Part shown: positions 34,255 to 48,435 of the stretch, piece after piece
Numbering within the stretch: position 1 is the stretch's first letter
Layout: each line of letters opens with the position of its first letter
NCBI RefSeq assembly: GCF_009914755.1
Contig: NC_060939.1
Strand: one strand, 5' to 3'
From: the human T2T-CHM13v2.0 reference genome, Homo sapiens
DNA: 64,000 bases
Position numbers and translations under genes: made by a program
The notes under the pieces: model-generated
Databases searched by the model: none
What the model was told of the DNA's origin: nothing
Seen by the model: only the letters and a program-made list of their open reading frames with translations

Positions 34255-34646
34255 AGAGCCAAAACTCCTTTATTTGACCCCCACACGTCAGGAGGCAATA
34301 TTCCTTTGCCTTAATTACCCCAGAGCAATGGACCAAGAAACTAAGAACCACCCTATAGCCCAAAGCCTTCCTAGGTTATTCAAACTAGTCAGTCCTAAAC
34401 TGTTCAACCTGTCCTGCTCTTTCCAGTGGAAATCTCAATAAAGGCTCTGGCTGAGACCTTCCCCTCACTTCTGCTTTCTGCCTTCAGACCACCCTGAGAC
34501 TTGCCCATGGGGCCCTGTGTAGCAAGCCATGCCCTCCTGTGTCCAAGACATGTGAGAATATTAATAAGCTTTGTTTTCCTGAGCATCTCCTGCATCTCCG
34601 CTTGTGGCCACACCTGACTGCCCATCACATAAAAAAGCACAGAACA
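34255..34646 (+). mobile_element. ERVL-class LTR (MER74/MER73-like)
   Basis: 'ttattcaaactagtcagtcctaa...ggaaatctcaataaaggctct...gaccaccctgagacttgcccatggggccctgtgt'. Confidence 0.6.
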
Positions 34647-35225
34647 GGTTGCAGGAATATGGGTGAAAGACACTGGAGTCTATAGCTGCTGCTGAAAGAG
34701 AGGGCAAGCAGGAGGCTCCTCCTGCCTCTAAACCCCTAGTACAGATTCTCTCTGGCAGAGCTCCTTAGGAAGCTTTCTGGGAAAAACATCAGGAAATGTA
34801 GTTTTCCTGGTCCCACTATCCCACCCACCCCCGAAATATAACAAAGCATAGAAAGGCCCTGAGGGGGACTGACACCAAACAGGAAAATGACCAACACGTG
34901 ATTATATTGCCTTTGGATGTACCATTCTCTGAAATTACTCATTTATTTGTGTGCTTACCTGTTGCCTGCTTCCTTCTGTAGAATGAAAGAATATGAGATC
35001 AAGACGTTGATTATCTCATTTAGTCTATTCCCAGTGGCTCATACACGGCTCCAAGTTAGTTGGTTCTCAATAGTACCCTTGTTCAATAAATAAATGAAGG
35101 AAAAATAGTAAATATTTGTAGTCTATTCAATAAATAGATGTGTTTAAGTTATTCTACCTGAAGAGTTTTCATTTCTCCATATTAGTATAGCTATTTCTAA
35201 GGTTTTCTTATTTACAAATTTATAA

Positions 35226-35376
35226 TAGAAGGATGGAAGGAGAGAAAGAAGGAAGGAAGGAGAAAAGAAAAAAGAAAAAGAACAAACGAAAGAAAGAAAG
35301 AAAAAGAAGAGAGAGAATAAAACAAAGAGGGAGGGAGGGAGGGGGGGGAGGAGGGAGGGAGGGAGGGAGGGAGAGA
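35226..35376. repeat. Polypurine tract ending in (GGGA)n
   Basis: Direct observation. Confidence 0.9.
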
Positions 35377-35912
35377 CTGCAGCCATTGTCGTAAATAATT
35401 ATTACTATTCAGACCAAGTGCAAGTGAACTGATAAATATGTTAAGATTTTGGCATCCAAGGAGAGCAGACCAGTTTAACCATCTCTAATAGAGAAGGCTT
35501 TTCTGAAATTTTCCTGATCGGTACCCCTCCCAACAGGTGTCTTCTCCTACAAGTTAAGGTACTCCCCCCATCTCTCCAGGTGGATCTCCTAAGACAACAA
35601 ACTTTGCAGACTCTTTGAGAGTTCTAGCCTTGTCCCAATACCTAGCCTTGTACATGATGATCTTTCTGTTTGAAACACCCCACCTCCCTTCCCCATGAGA
35701 CAAAGCAAGAATACTTCTTATTGACCTGCTGAGCCCATCCTCAAAGCACGGAAATAATGGCAAATTTTGAGTTTCTTCAAGGGAAATTCCAGGCACCTAG
35801 CCATCCCTGAGAATTAAATGAGCAGCTTCATAAGGAAGAAGGTAATAGTAGCTTAAAACAATAGCCAAGGAAGTTAGAGTCCTGAGATATTCTTTATAGA
35901 AACTAAAGGTAC

Positions 35913-36373
<461 letters not shown>

Positions 36374-38859
36374 TAAAGATACCATATTAACATATGTCCT
36401 TGAGTTGTTTTTCAGAAACCCAGACCCTCACAAAATGGAACTACTGGCATGTAGACCTCAGATAAGGGGAAACTGAGACTAACATCAACTACCATTTTTT
36501 ATTTTAAAGTTCTTGCTGAGGAGCCTGAAGGAAGTCACACCCATGTGATAGAGCTAACATCCTTTTCTCCTGACCCCAAATTTTTAGATAAAACTTTTCC
36601 CTCCTTAACCAATCGCAAATCAGAAAATCTTTGAATCTACCTATAACTTGTAAACCCCTGGTTTGAGAGGCCCCACCTTTTTAGGTCAAACCAATGTATA
36701 GCCACCATGTATTGATGTATAACTTTCCCTGTAACCTCCGCCCCCTGGGTTTTTAAAGGCAGGTCAGCAGGGAGGTCTGGTCTTCAGTGTGAGCTGCCTG
36801 ATTTCCCTTGCTTTGTTCCCTGCAAATAAATGCCCTCCTTTCTCCCACTGCAAATCACAGTGTGGATGTTTGGCCTTACTAGACCAGGCAAGCAGACCAC
36901 AGTTTGGTTCTGTAACATCCAGTTGGCAAACACTTAAAAATGCCACAAGGTTAATGAGTCTTCTCTGAGCTTCCTTGGTGCTCTCTCTGCACTTCTCTAG
37001 AACTGTCTTCCATCTAGCCATTATGATACTAGATCATGATGATTATTTAGCTTATCTCTCAGGCTTTCACACCAGAATGTGAGTACCTTGAGGCAAGAAA
37101 GCTTGTGTTTGCATCTAGCACAGTGCCTAGCAGAAAAGAAATAACATATAAACACTGAATAAAGGAAGTGAGGGAGAGAAGGAGAGTGAAGGGAAAGAAA
37201 GGAGAGAGGATGGCTTTTCATTGTATAAAGAGCCACACTATCTCCCTTTCTGGATGTTGTCATAATTAAATCAGCCCACCGTAACCAGTAGAACATCAAA
37301 TCATATCTTCTCAAAGATTAAATTTTGTTCAACAAAGAAATGAAGGAAATGTTAATGTTCTACTTTCTTAGACAACCATACAGCCATATTAGACATTTCA
37401 AATGTTTTCCTAGACAAATACTATGACATATTGCAAATCCCTATTTCTTGCAATCACTATTGCTTTCAAATAGCCTTTCTGAAGTTTCCTAATGCATGGC
37501 ACCATGTCTTTCTTTCTTTTCTATGCCAAGCCTTATGATAACTGTCTTCCCTACCAAAATATTACGAGAATTCTCTGGCCCAGCTGACCGCAGGGCAGTT
37601 CTTGGAGGGGGTATTTAGGCTGTTTTTAAGTACAAAAGAAAGTATGTGGTTCTGATGTGTAATGAAACTGGTGTGGTGTGGGGCACCACTCAGCTCAGGC
37701 TGCTGAGAAGTCTCTCCCTGTCTGCCAGTGCAGTGCTTACAAACTGAGCTTTGCTTTCCATTCTGAGTCTATGGTCTTTTTTCACAGACAGAATTGCTCA
37801 TCCGGTCCCAGACTGCCGTCGATTTTCACCCAAGAGCAATGTCCATAAGTCAATATCTACAATGTTTAGGATTCAACTTTCCTATCTGATTTCGAAGCTT
37901 AGGATTACAATTTTGCCTATTTTAATCTTCTGATTGCCAAGAATCCTCAAAGATTATAGATAGTGAGTCTGAGATTACATTTGCAAGTTCCTTTAGTATC
38001 CTGGGATGGAATCCTCTGAGTTACGAATTTAAACTTCCCTAGACAAGCAGTCACTTCTTACTTCCCCATCTGCCTTGAGTAGTCATTGTACTTTTACATT
38101 TTGTCTTCTGTTCTTACCGGTTTAAAACCCAGTTTAGTTGCTAAAGAATTCCACAGCAAAATAAGTAAGAAATACATCTCTCTTCCTCCTACCACCTATT
38201 AAAATCACATCACCAGCCAGGGAATGAGCCTAAAGCCTGTTACTACAGACAAGACTTTAAAGGCCATTTGTGTTGTGTTTAATATCTTTGTATGTTTCAA
38301 CTAATTCTAAGCTTTCCTCTTTGTCACATGTAAGAACTAGGGTTCTATGTTTCTCGCTCATATTTCTTTTTCCTTAGTTGTTGGTCCTTCACACAAAATT
38401 TGTTCTTTTAAAAATCTGTGCTTACCAGGAAATTAAACCTGTGTGGCATAAAATTATATAGAGAGAATCATAAAGAAATATTTTTTGGTTAAAAAAGTAA
38501 AAAGTATGGTGGTAGATAATATACCTATGTATGTGCTGCAATATCAAGGAGTAAAGAGGAATAGGTTTATGATCTAAGTTTTCCTTCCATCTCTGTCTTC
38601 TCTACACTTAATTCCTTTCTTTGCAGGCAAGCACTGTGATAAATTTCTTGGGTTAGGGCTGTCCTGCAACTCACCCAACCAGATGCAGTGGGCTTTGGAA
38701 ACTTCATTTATCTTTCCAAAGAGAGAGAATATATAAAATTGCATTTCAACAAAATTTTGAACATCAACTATGTACACACTAAGAAAATTACAGAGGCAAT
38801 TTTCTTACATTTCCTAATTAACTTCCCTTAGCTTAAAGAACCGATTAAGCTCTTCTTGG

Positions 38860-39250
38860 AACTCTCTATTTCTTATCCTTTCCTGGCTTAAAATCCTTCA
38901 GGGGCTCTCCATCACTGACAAAATAAAATCTTTCCCCTTTATCGTTCACCCTTTCTAAAAACAGACACATTTTTCAGGCTTCCTAATCGAAATTTCCCAA
39001 TTTCAGCTGCATTCTCCAGCTCCCCATTGCTGCTTCTCATGTCTACGACTCTGCACAGGCCGCACTCGGATGCTAGACTGCCCTTAACCCTCCTTGACTT
39101 CTTAATAAACATCTCTTCATCTTTAAAGACACAATGAAATCTCACGTTTTCTGGGAAGATTTCTTTTTCCCTCCTTTCTCTTCCAAAGTTAATTTCCTTT
39201 TCTCCTATCACACCCATTTCTTGGTATTTATTATTGTACTTACAGCACTC
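38860..39250 (+). mobile_element. L2 fragment
   Basis: 'ggcttaaaatccttcaggggctctccatc...ttcatctttaaagacacaatgaaatctcac'. Confidence 0.55.
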
Positions 39251-40718
39251 CAGCTTTTTCTCACCATCAAAGAAAGCCTAGCTTATTTCCAATGTATGTG
39301 ATTTATCAAGGAGTTCTGTAATGTTGATCATTCAACTCTGATCTCAGGCAGGCATAAGGATGAAATTACCCCTTAAGTTCTCGGTTTTTCCTCTTGAAGT
39401 TGTTTATAGTATCCAGGGAAAGAAATGCCCCTGTGGTTCAATACTGCATTACATATTTTTATTATTTCCCCCATGAGAATGCAGGCTGCTTGATGGCAGG
39501 GAACCTGGCTTGGTGATAACACTGCCTGTCCTTTTTCTTAAGCTTCATTTCCCAATTCTGTAACCAAGGCTCCCCTTTGCTCTTCAACAGGTCCTCCTCC
39601 CTTTCTCCCCCTGCCTTGGAAAGCACTATTTCTGATATCTGAAACTGCCCTTCTTTTCCACTCCTCTTTAGCTAATTTACATCTAATTTATCCTGATCAA
39701 ATGTAATCTAACCTAGACTAGCTATTCTTTCTCTGCCTCCTCCCCCATCCTGTGCTGTTCTTCATCTGACCTCCCATCTCAGTGCATTGCCATTGCTTAC
39801 TCATTCTGGTCCCCTAGCTTATACTGTCTGTAAGCTCCTGGAGAGCAAGGACTGTGCTTTCATCGATGTAGCCCCAGGTCTTAGTACCGAGACTGGTACA
39901 GATAAGTCTTGGCAGGTGCTTACCAAAGGAAGTGGTTAATGGAGTTTTGCTTCCCTCCAGTTGTCTGGCTCTACTTCCAGAGCTGATTCTTGGTAAGCTG
40001 GGGTAGGGAAACTATCCTTTACTACCTAACCCTTTCTTCCACCTCTGCACACAGAAAAGTAACTTCAGCAAGTTTCCCTGGTCACCGAGGAGCCATTCTA
40101 GGTTGAAATAAATTCTATCCATCTGAACATACTACTCTGTGGTGTCTGCTTGACCTCACCAATGAACAGCCTTTAACTTTGATTTCTCTCCTCTAGCCAG
40201 ACATGAAAAACTGTTTTCTTAGAATTCCTTGTTCTCATTAAAGTTAGGTCTAAGTCTTCCATTTTTCAGTCTTCTTAACCCCAGCATCGCTCAGAAGCCT
40301 CTTCTGGGTCACCTCTATCCCCTTTCATGGCACTTCCATGTCTCTGAGATGCTGATTATTCCCAGGCAGCAGCAGCAGAAAACTATAGCATCTGCATTTC
40401 GCTGTGCACCAGTACCCTTGACCACAGCCAGAATGAGGCTACCAGAAACTCATGCTAATTGTAAGAAAGGCTTTTGTTTCACACAAGTCATCTAGCAATT
40501 ATTAAGGGATTACTTATCCAATTTTGGGATGCTCTAGCCCTCTTAATACTACATCAAAAGGGCAATCGTGGAATATCAAAGCTGCTGAAATTTAAGACCA
40601 ATAACTTATGTTCTTTGCTAATAGGCATCCCCTGCCCCTCTGCTTCTCCCTTCCATCCCCTTAAGGCTTGGAGAGCCCAAGGTTTAGACCTAAGCCTTCA
40701 GCTTTTGTGCCTCTAAAT

Positions 40719-41536
40719 CAATAGTTTTCAAATACCCTTTTATAATAAACCTTTTTATCCAAACAAATCTAATGTTTGGATTCTGAATATATATTTGAAA
40801 AGACTTCACTATCTATGTATTTTAAACTCCTCATTACAGCAACTACTGCTTAAGTAATAAAATAATGATAATGAGACTAATTTTAAGAAACTATAATGTT
40901 TACTAGATGAATTTGTTTTTTTGTTTGTTGAGGGGGGCGTCTGGCATAGCATTAAATTTATCTCTGGATATTGCAGTTGCACGGTCTGTAAATAATGCTA
41001 ATTCTCATGCATAAATTGTTGCAAACAATAACAATTTGGGTTTTTGTATTTTTAAACTGTTTTTGCTGAGTATTAAGTGTACTTAGACATTTTTGCTTTA
41101 CAGCTGAATCCTTTGCAATGTCTCTCAAAGCCACCAAGATGCATTAGAAGTGTTTACAACATAATACTGCCACTATGGGATATGTGATTGTATTTGCTTG
41201 TACTAGTTTCCATGATTGGACACTCAAATACCTACATTTAGAAGAGAAAAGAATGAGCACATGACTCCTATACAAAAAGACCAAATATGTACCCAGAGAT
41301 GAGAAAAGTTTATATTTAATATCTGCACAAAATGAATGCATTGGCAACATATTAAAAGCATAGGTGTGCTCTAATATGTTGAAATTTAATACAAAACCTA
41401 TTTAATGGCTTTATTTTAAACTCGATTTTTAATATTTTTTGAAAATAGTTAACATATTAAATTGTATATTTTTAAAAATAAATATTTTTTGTAGAGCTCC
41501 TGTATCTGGGGTTTATAGACTGTTTGAAGACTATTC
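40719..41536. mobile_element. Probable hAT-Charlie-type DNA transposon relic
   Basis: Terminal inverted similarity caatagttttcaaa / tttgaagactattc, flanked by NTCTANAN-like target sequence. Confidence 0.45.
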
Positions 41537-42849
41537 TACAAATCTGTTTCTCTAATTTCCATCAACTCTAGGCAGGGGACAAATGTATTTCCATGTGTAG
41601 GCCTGACATCTTCTGTCCTTGGTCCTGCTGAGATTTACCACCTGATATCTGTGACTACCTCATATAACAAGGATAAAACCTCCCTATCTTCCCCTAAAAC
41701 TAACTCCTCATCTGTTTGACAGGGTGTGGGATCTCTTTTGGCCTTATCTCCTATAACACTTACTCTCTAGAACATGAATTTTGGCAATTAATTAATTTCT
41801 GTTTTGTAGGTTCTACAAGTAATTTAAGTTTGTAAATTTTATCTCTGAAACAACTTATGAAACTTGAGGGCAGGGATCAGAGCCTATTCTTCTCCTATTC
41901 CCCTAGCCACAGTAGCAATGCTAAGTTCAGAAGAGGTATTCAATGCATGCTTCAAATGAAGAGTGGATAAAACATGATTTTACAGTTGATCCAGGATCCT
42001 CATTCCCAATATGCATGAATTATAGTTTCTAAAATAAAAGGCATCGTAGTAACAATAGCAACTTCTCATTGAAATCTCTTATTTTTACTCAGCTCATAGT
42101 ATTTCTCTGGTTTTGTCAAAAACAGTACCTCCTGATACACTTGGGCTAGGAATTCTAACAGCTGCTATCTCAGAATGATTTGCTATCTCTATGATATGAA
42201 ATGCCCTTCACCCTGCAATACTAATGGAAATAAGCAATACACAAAGATCCTTTGTAGTGCAAAAAGAATAATATTCCCAAATATCCATCCATCCCTCTCA
42301 CAAAGTCCCTTTAGGCTGCCTGTGGGGACTTGGTGACATCCAAAGCTCCTTCCAAGTCAAATGGAAAAAGGACATGCCTTTAGATTTGCATCCTTCTCAC
42401 TAAGACACGAGTAATGCCTGGCTCTGGATGATTCAATAACTTTATGCCCTTGGGCAAGGCACTAAACCAGAGTGGCTTTCTGTTTTTTACTTTATTTTGA
42501 AATGAAAGCTAAAATAAATGGGCCACATTTTGTGAAATGAGAGGTAGTTGGACCCAGGAAACCCAAACAAGTAATCTGCTGGAAGAATCTCTCAAGGCTA
42601 TGCAAAAAATAAAAGTGAATAAAAGTCATCAATTACTGAGCTCTGTGTACTTGGCTATTCCCCAAATATTTCTAGTAAATACCCACAAACATTCTGCAAT
42701 ATAGGTTAATTGATGCCCATTTTTCTGATAAGGAGAGTAAACCCTTCTCCCATAGGGACACACTATAAAATGTCAGTGTTGGACATGACCCTTATCTATG
42801 CAACTTTAAAGCATGCTTTCTCCAGCTCTCTGTGCCAATCTACGACTAT

Positions 42850-43409
42850 TGTACAGGAGGAAAAACAATTTCCTCTCCACTTTCCTGAGTTCTCAGCAGG
42901 GACCCCTGTAACAAAAGATAGATTAACAAGAGAAAAGCCAACAGAAGTTTATTAACATGTATATTTCATGCATACATGGGAGAAAACTCAGGGAAAGAGT
43001 AACTCTCTGAGGGCTGGCGTAGAACTCTGACTTAGATGGTATCATGAACAAAGAATAATGCATTTTTAGAGAAACGACAAGATAAAGGAAAAGGAGCTTG
43101 AATTTCCAGGGGAGGCAAATTGTGGGGAATCAGGTGGGTGGGAAACTAATGGTAGATAAAAGCTGGTTAGGCAAGTTGGTTATGTAGATGCCTCTGGTGC
43201 TGTCTCCAGGCTGATAAAGGTCTAAAGCCATCTTCATCCTTCCTGGTGGAGAGGAAAGGAGGAACACCTTTGAAAATGTATGTCCTGCTTTTAGGTAAAT
43301 GGAGGAGAGGGCAGAGAGGTTTTCTCTTATTGGCTTCTTTTCAATTGCTTTTGGCTCAAAATAATCCCAAAGTGGCATATTTTAGGATGGCATATTCTGC
43401 AACCCTTGA
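42850..43409 (-). mobile_element. ERV1 solo LTR (MER34-like)
   Basis: Reverse complement begins '...agaatatgccatcctaaaatatgccactttgggattattttgagc'; 4-bp TSD ctat/ctac. Confidence 0.85.
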
Positions 43410-43472
43410 CTACAGAAGACCCTGTTCATGAAAAAGTTCCACCCTCCAAGCATAGTAAAATGTTCTAGTCAA

Positions 43473-43560
43473 CAGACTGAATGGTTAAGTAGAGCCAAAG
43501 TTCCAAGCTTGGCTGGTCAGACTGAATGAAGTAGAGCCAAAGGGCCAAGCTTTGCTGGGT
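43473..43560. repeat. Diverged ~45-bp tandem duplication
   Basis: cagactgaatggttaagtagagccaaagttccaagcttggctggt / cagactgaatgaagtagagccaaagggccaagctttgctgggt. Confidence 0.9.
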
Positions 43561-44509
43561 CTCTCAGATCCAGGAGGAAGTAGTTTGCAGGTTATGATGG
43601 GCTTCTTTCAGGATGACATACTCACCCACTTTTGAGATAAATAGCTGGGAACATCCAGTTCTAATCATAAGAGCTTCACCTAATTTTAACATAATTTTTG
43701 AATATAGCCTTCAATTTCCTAAGTGAAGGGTAGGGGAAGAATAATGTGTGCTTGTACAGCAGGGCTCCCCAAAGTTATGGGGGAGGGAGGAAGGCTATTT
43801 CCTTACTGTTACAAGGCTGCTCTAGCTTTATTAACTGTTTGCTTTTCTTCACAAAATGGTCATGTATTTGGTATTTTGAAATGCAAACTCTTTTAATCTT
43901 CTGCTGTTTCATTTCATATGCATTTTAATGGATGTGTTTAACTTGATTCTTGCCTCCTAATGGGAATTAATCCCAGAGGGCACATACTTTATTCAATAAG
44001 AAAAATAATAAAATAAAATCGCTAAATGAAAAGCTAAGCTAGTCCTCTTTTAGGCTACTTGGCAATAACTGGCTCACTGAGAAAAACCTCTTTGCCTAGC
44101 ATCAGTCATGAGTGCATAAGGTCTCCTTGGGACATCTACCCCAGATGAAAAGAACGAGACACAAGTGTGGATTGTGTACACAAGCATTTTGAGTGATTTC
44201 ATGAGATTAAGAAAAAATTTTAGATAGGCAAAGCCTATATGGTTTCAAATGAAGTTTAAATTTGAGAGTAATGCAATGTCAGCAGTCAACTTAGATAATT
44301 GAGATCAAATATTAATTTGTGTCTTGATACGGCTCTAGAGATCACAGATAATACAAACCCCTCTTTTATGTGGATGAAAATCCTTCTCTTCGGTCCTAGA
44401 CAATTGAGTTAACTGAGAGAATTAAAATGTTAGAAATTGAGGGATAAATCACAGGTGATAAAGAACTACAAACAAACAAACAAATGCATCTCAGAGTACT
44501 TGCCTAGAA

Positions 44510-44754
44510 AAGAGATGATTGCTCCAAGCACCTCCCAAATGACTGCTGAACTCATACCTGTAGCCCACAGTTCCCTGCCATGATGATTTTGGAGACCACA
44601 GATTCAGAACAGAATCACTCCAAGGTGGAGGAAGGTCACCTGATATACATTAAACTTTGCTTATGGCAAGAAATTAACCTTTCTGTATTAAACCACTGAG
44701 ATTTTGGGATTTGTCTGTGGCAGCAAAGAGGATTAGCTTACCTTGATTAATACA
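44510..44754 (+). mobile_element. MLT1-type LTR 3' fragment
   Basis: 'aagaaattaacctttctgtattaaaccactgagattttggg...ttgattaataca'. Confidence 0.6.
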
Positions 44755-46355
44755 AAATTATTGGAATCTTTGGACACTCTGAAGTTAGAATGTAAAAGCT
44801 AGAATGAATATTGCTTTCCTGCTGTCATTCAAGAAGAGTAAGACAAGACACCGAAGGAATAATTAAGATGAGATATTTAAAAAAATTAACTGACTCTAAT
44901 AATTTTAAGATATGGAAATGATCTACTAATAGCCAACTCCAGAGTATTACCTTTTAAGGACAATTAGCAAAAGATGGATAAATCTATTATTAATAAGAAT
45001 ATTACACTGTGTGGTGCCATACATATTCAAAGCATTTTTTCATGGTAGTTTAAATGAAGTTCTGCCAAGGGCCTGGAGGTGACCAGATTATGTCATGAGG
45101 TTTTCTTTTTTTTTTCCTGCCTCATAATTCTATAATAAAAACATGTTCCATCTATGTCCCTCTAGCATTTTACCAACAAGAGATTTCTTTCCATCCCATC
45201 TTTGACAGAAAAGCAGCATCTATAGCTGAAAATGAAACACACCAAAGAATGCTTGGATAATGGCCTTGGTTTATCTCATAGCATTTTGTTTCTGCCCCTC
45301 AGGCAAGCAATTCCTCATCACAATCTCACCAGTGAATCACAGGACTCACACATTGCTACAAACCCTGCCTTTCAGCGTGCCCAGATTGAACCATTATATT
45401 TCAACCCACTATGAAATAATCCCTGTGAAACCAGCTGACCTGTTGGAGGGTACTTAGATAACACCGAAATACATTGCACTTAATGCAGTAGGGGATCTGT
45501 CAAAAACAATAAAGATTGGTGTAAAAACAAGCCACAAGTTATTGATCTGTTCTATTACAGTTGCTTTGAAAATAACCGAATTTCACTTTTGCCCTTTAAT
45601 TTCTCCGTCTTAATCACATTCTGTCAAGACCAGGGCACACATATTATGCATAAAAAGGTCAAGAATACCCTTGTGTGCTTCCTGATCCAACACTGAGATA
45701 TGTCCCAGACACTGTCACACATGCATACAAAATTGCCCACACACAGACCTCTGTGAACTAGACCAGCCAGAAAAATATAGTTTGATGGGACAGGAGCCTC
45801 TAAGGTAAATTGACACTACAAGGCATGAAAGAAGGCATCGATAGCAGTATACCCATTTTGATAACCTCCTTTTCAGTTAAATTAAACTCTAGATCTGAAC
45901 TAGAGTGGGGTGTTTTCGGGAATCTCCTGAGGCTCCTGGACCTATTCCTGGCCAATCTAATTGAGTGGGACACATATTTTCACCATCCTGATCACCAGAC
46001 ATTGGCCTAATTATAAAAGTTGCTTCCATCTATATGGGGCTTAGTAGTCCTGCTGTGTTTGGGGCTTAATTGTCTTTATCTTTAGCCAGTGGAACACTGG
46101 GACTTTTGACCTTTAATGCTATACCTAGAAAGGTAGTTCCTTAGCACTTGCTGACTCTTGTACTCTCATTCAGGGCACACTAATGAGAATTCTCTTGGAG
46201 AAAAATCATAGTAATAACCCTGTCTTCAAGGATCCAACATTAAGATTTTGACATGACCACAATGATTATGAATGTGTTTCAAAATGTCCCCCAGGGCTAC
46301 TTGGTCTCATCTAAATGACATCTCTTTGCCTTTCCTTCTTGTTTTCTGTTTGGAG

Positions 46356-46404
46356 GCATGTGTGCGAGCGCGCGCGCGCGCGCACACACACACACACACA
46401 CACA
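46356..46404. repeat. Compound (TG)/(CG)7/(CA)n alternating purine-pyrimidine tract
   Basis: gcatgtgtgcgagcgcgcgcgcgcgcgcacacaca... Confidence 0.95.
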
Positions 46405-46531
46405 AATATGATTGTTATACAAACAGTCTATTCCATTAAAACATCCTCTTCCTACAGATTTCATAAGCTTCTCTGATTGGCCTTTCCAACTCAAGGAACA
46501 TCTACTCCTTCATTTGTTCAACATCTATTAT

Positions 46532-47078
46532 TGATGCAGAAATAAATGAAGACCAACCAAATGGGAACAGCAAAGTCTATTTATTCTGAGCTTACCAACG
46601 CAAGGAAGTTAGCCACTGTCACTTGTGTTTTGGCAGAGACTCAAAAGCAGACAGAGAAGTAGGAAGGTTTATGGTGGAAAAAAAGGAAAGGCTTCAGCTA
46701 TGCCCCGATTGGAGGCTGTTGGCACAGGGAAGCTGTAGGCTAGCTAACTGGACACAGAATGCTATGTGATTGGTTAGGGGAATATATTTGTCTTTCTCTA
46801 GTGGATCCTAAGTTGGGGACAAAAATGAGGGAAGCTTTCAGGTATTAATCAAGTCCTGTTCATTTTAGGCAAATTGTTACAGCAGTTGTTTAGCTTCCTA
46901 GAATGTCACTGGAAATAGCAATCTAACTCCCAGAAAAGTCTGACTTACAGCAGGCTGGCTTCCTGGTTTGCTTATAGTAGATAAGGGGTTGATTTCCTGG
47001 ACAGGTTGCTGCAGGTTGTGGGTTAAAGTTCTGTTTTTATATCTGGTGAGGCCATTGTCTGTGTGTACACTGAATCTC
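46532..47078 (-). mobile_element. ERV LTR (MER89-like) inserted in an L2 fragment
   Basis: Minus-strand AATAAA and CCAAT boxes (tttatt, gattgg twice). L2 3'-end sequence on both sides ('ttcatttgttcaaca' ... 'ctgagtatctactatgtgccagacactg'). Confidence 0.55.
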
Positions 47079-47079
47079 T

Positions 47080-47345
47080 CACTGAGTATCTACTATGTGC
47101 CAGACACTGTTATGGGTACTGGATGTACAGATGAAACCAACAAGTCTTTGCCTTCATGAAGCTTATGTTCCAAAGGGGAAAATATTTCCAAAAAAAAAAA
47201 ACAAAAAAATATATAATATCATGTCAAGTTCTGTGAGGAACTATGAAAGACAAATCAGGTCAGGTAATTGTGAAAGATAGGGTCATTTCTATTTTAGAGA
47301 GAGTGGCCAGAGAAGGCACTTCTGAGTAGCCGATATTTGAGATTC
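47080..47345 (-). mobile_element. L2 fragment
   Basis: 'tactatgtgccagacactgtt...tgccttcatgaagcttatgttc...gtggccagagaaggc'. Confidence 0.7.
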
Positions 47346-47499
47346 CCTTCTCATATCTGGCTTGTTCTTTTTTCTCAGCCTGTGCTTGTTCCCAAAATAC
47401 ACTGTTGGTGCTAGTAACTTACAGACAATGCCTCATTCCCAGGCTCAAAACCCTCCATATGTCAGAGAAGTCACATGGTATTATGGAAGCTCATAGGAA

Positions 47500-47690
47500 C
47501 ACAATCTATTTTTCCATTTCAGATGGTTGTATGCCATTGCACACATAATACTTCTCTTTAGCTTCAGTTTGTTCATCTGCAAAATGGAAATAAAAATACC
47601 TACCTCATTGGTTTGTTGTAAAAATTAAAAAATAATCAATAATCCACTTGGCATACAGGATAGCATCTTATTAATCTTGAAACATTCTAC
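47500..47690. mobile_element. MIR
   Basis: 'ttcagtttgttcatctgcaaaatggaaataaaaatacctacctca'. Confidence 0.7.
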
Positions 47691-48284
47691 CTGACATATG
47701 TAATATATTGCAATACCTTCTGTGTTCCAGTAACATGGTAAAAAGACTTCATGATCCAAGGGAGACATTTACTGCAGGACCCAGCATGTATCCTTTTTGT
47801 TAATTGCAACATAAGCACCTGTCCAACTTCTGCTGAGGGGCAGGCCACTTGAGTAGAATTCATGCCTTTGGGGAGAAAAAAGAATAAGGTGGCTGGCCAG
47901 GGGTCTATCCCTTCTAGATCTCCATTGTCTTGGGCATATGTCACAGGCAGTAAGAACTGCAAGAGTCATTAACCCTTCTGGGAAGACTGGTAACTAATCT
48001 TTACCCAGTGGGCACCTCCTGCCAGGGTCCAGGCATTCACAGAAGTGTATAGAGTCACAGTGATTCATGGGCTGCAAAGGCCATCTTGGGACTTCATAAA
48101 TACCACTTTGCTGAAGAAGCAGCACTGTTGAGAAAGCCTGTAATTACCATCTCCAATGACCTCATAAATTCTGAATTGCATTTTTGGAGTCATATTGGCT
48201 GCTGGGACTCCCATGCTCTGTCCAGTGGTTTTGCATGCTTGTCTGCTGCCTCAAAAATTGGTAATTATGGAATCTACACCCTAG

Positions 48285-48435
48285 AGAAGTGCTTCTCATT
48301 CTACATCATGAAAAAGAATTACCTGGATAGACCGTTAAAACAGAGTCCGGAGCTGGGGCTGGAGAATCAGCATTGTTAACATACTCCCCTATGATGTTGC
48401 TGCCAGCCTGTGGACCACACTTGGAGTAGCACTGC
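48285..48435. mobile_element. MER5A-like hAT relic
   Basis: 'gaatcagcattgttaaca...gtggaccacacttggagtagcactg'. Confidence 0.6.

Noticed and set aside
33890-34900. Possible LTR33-like element flanking the MER74-like LTR
   Set aside because: Too diverged to call by eye.
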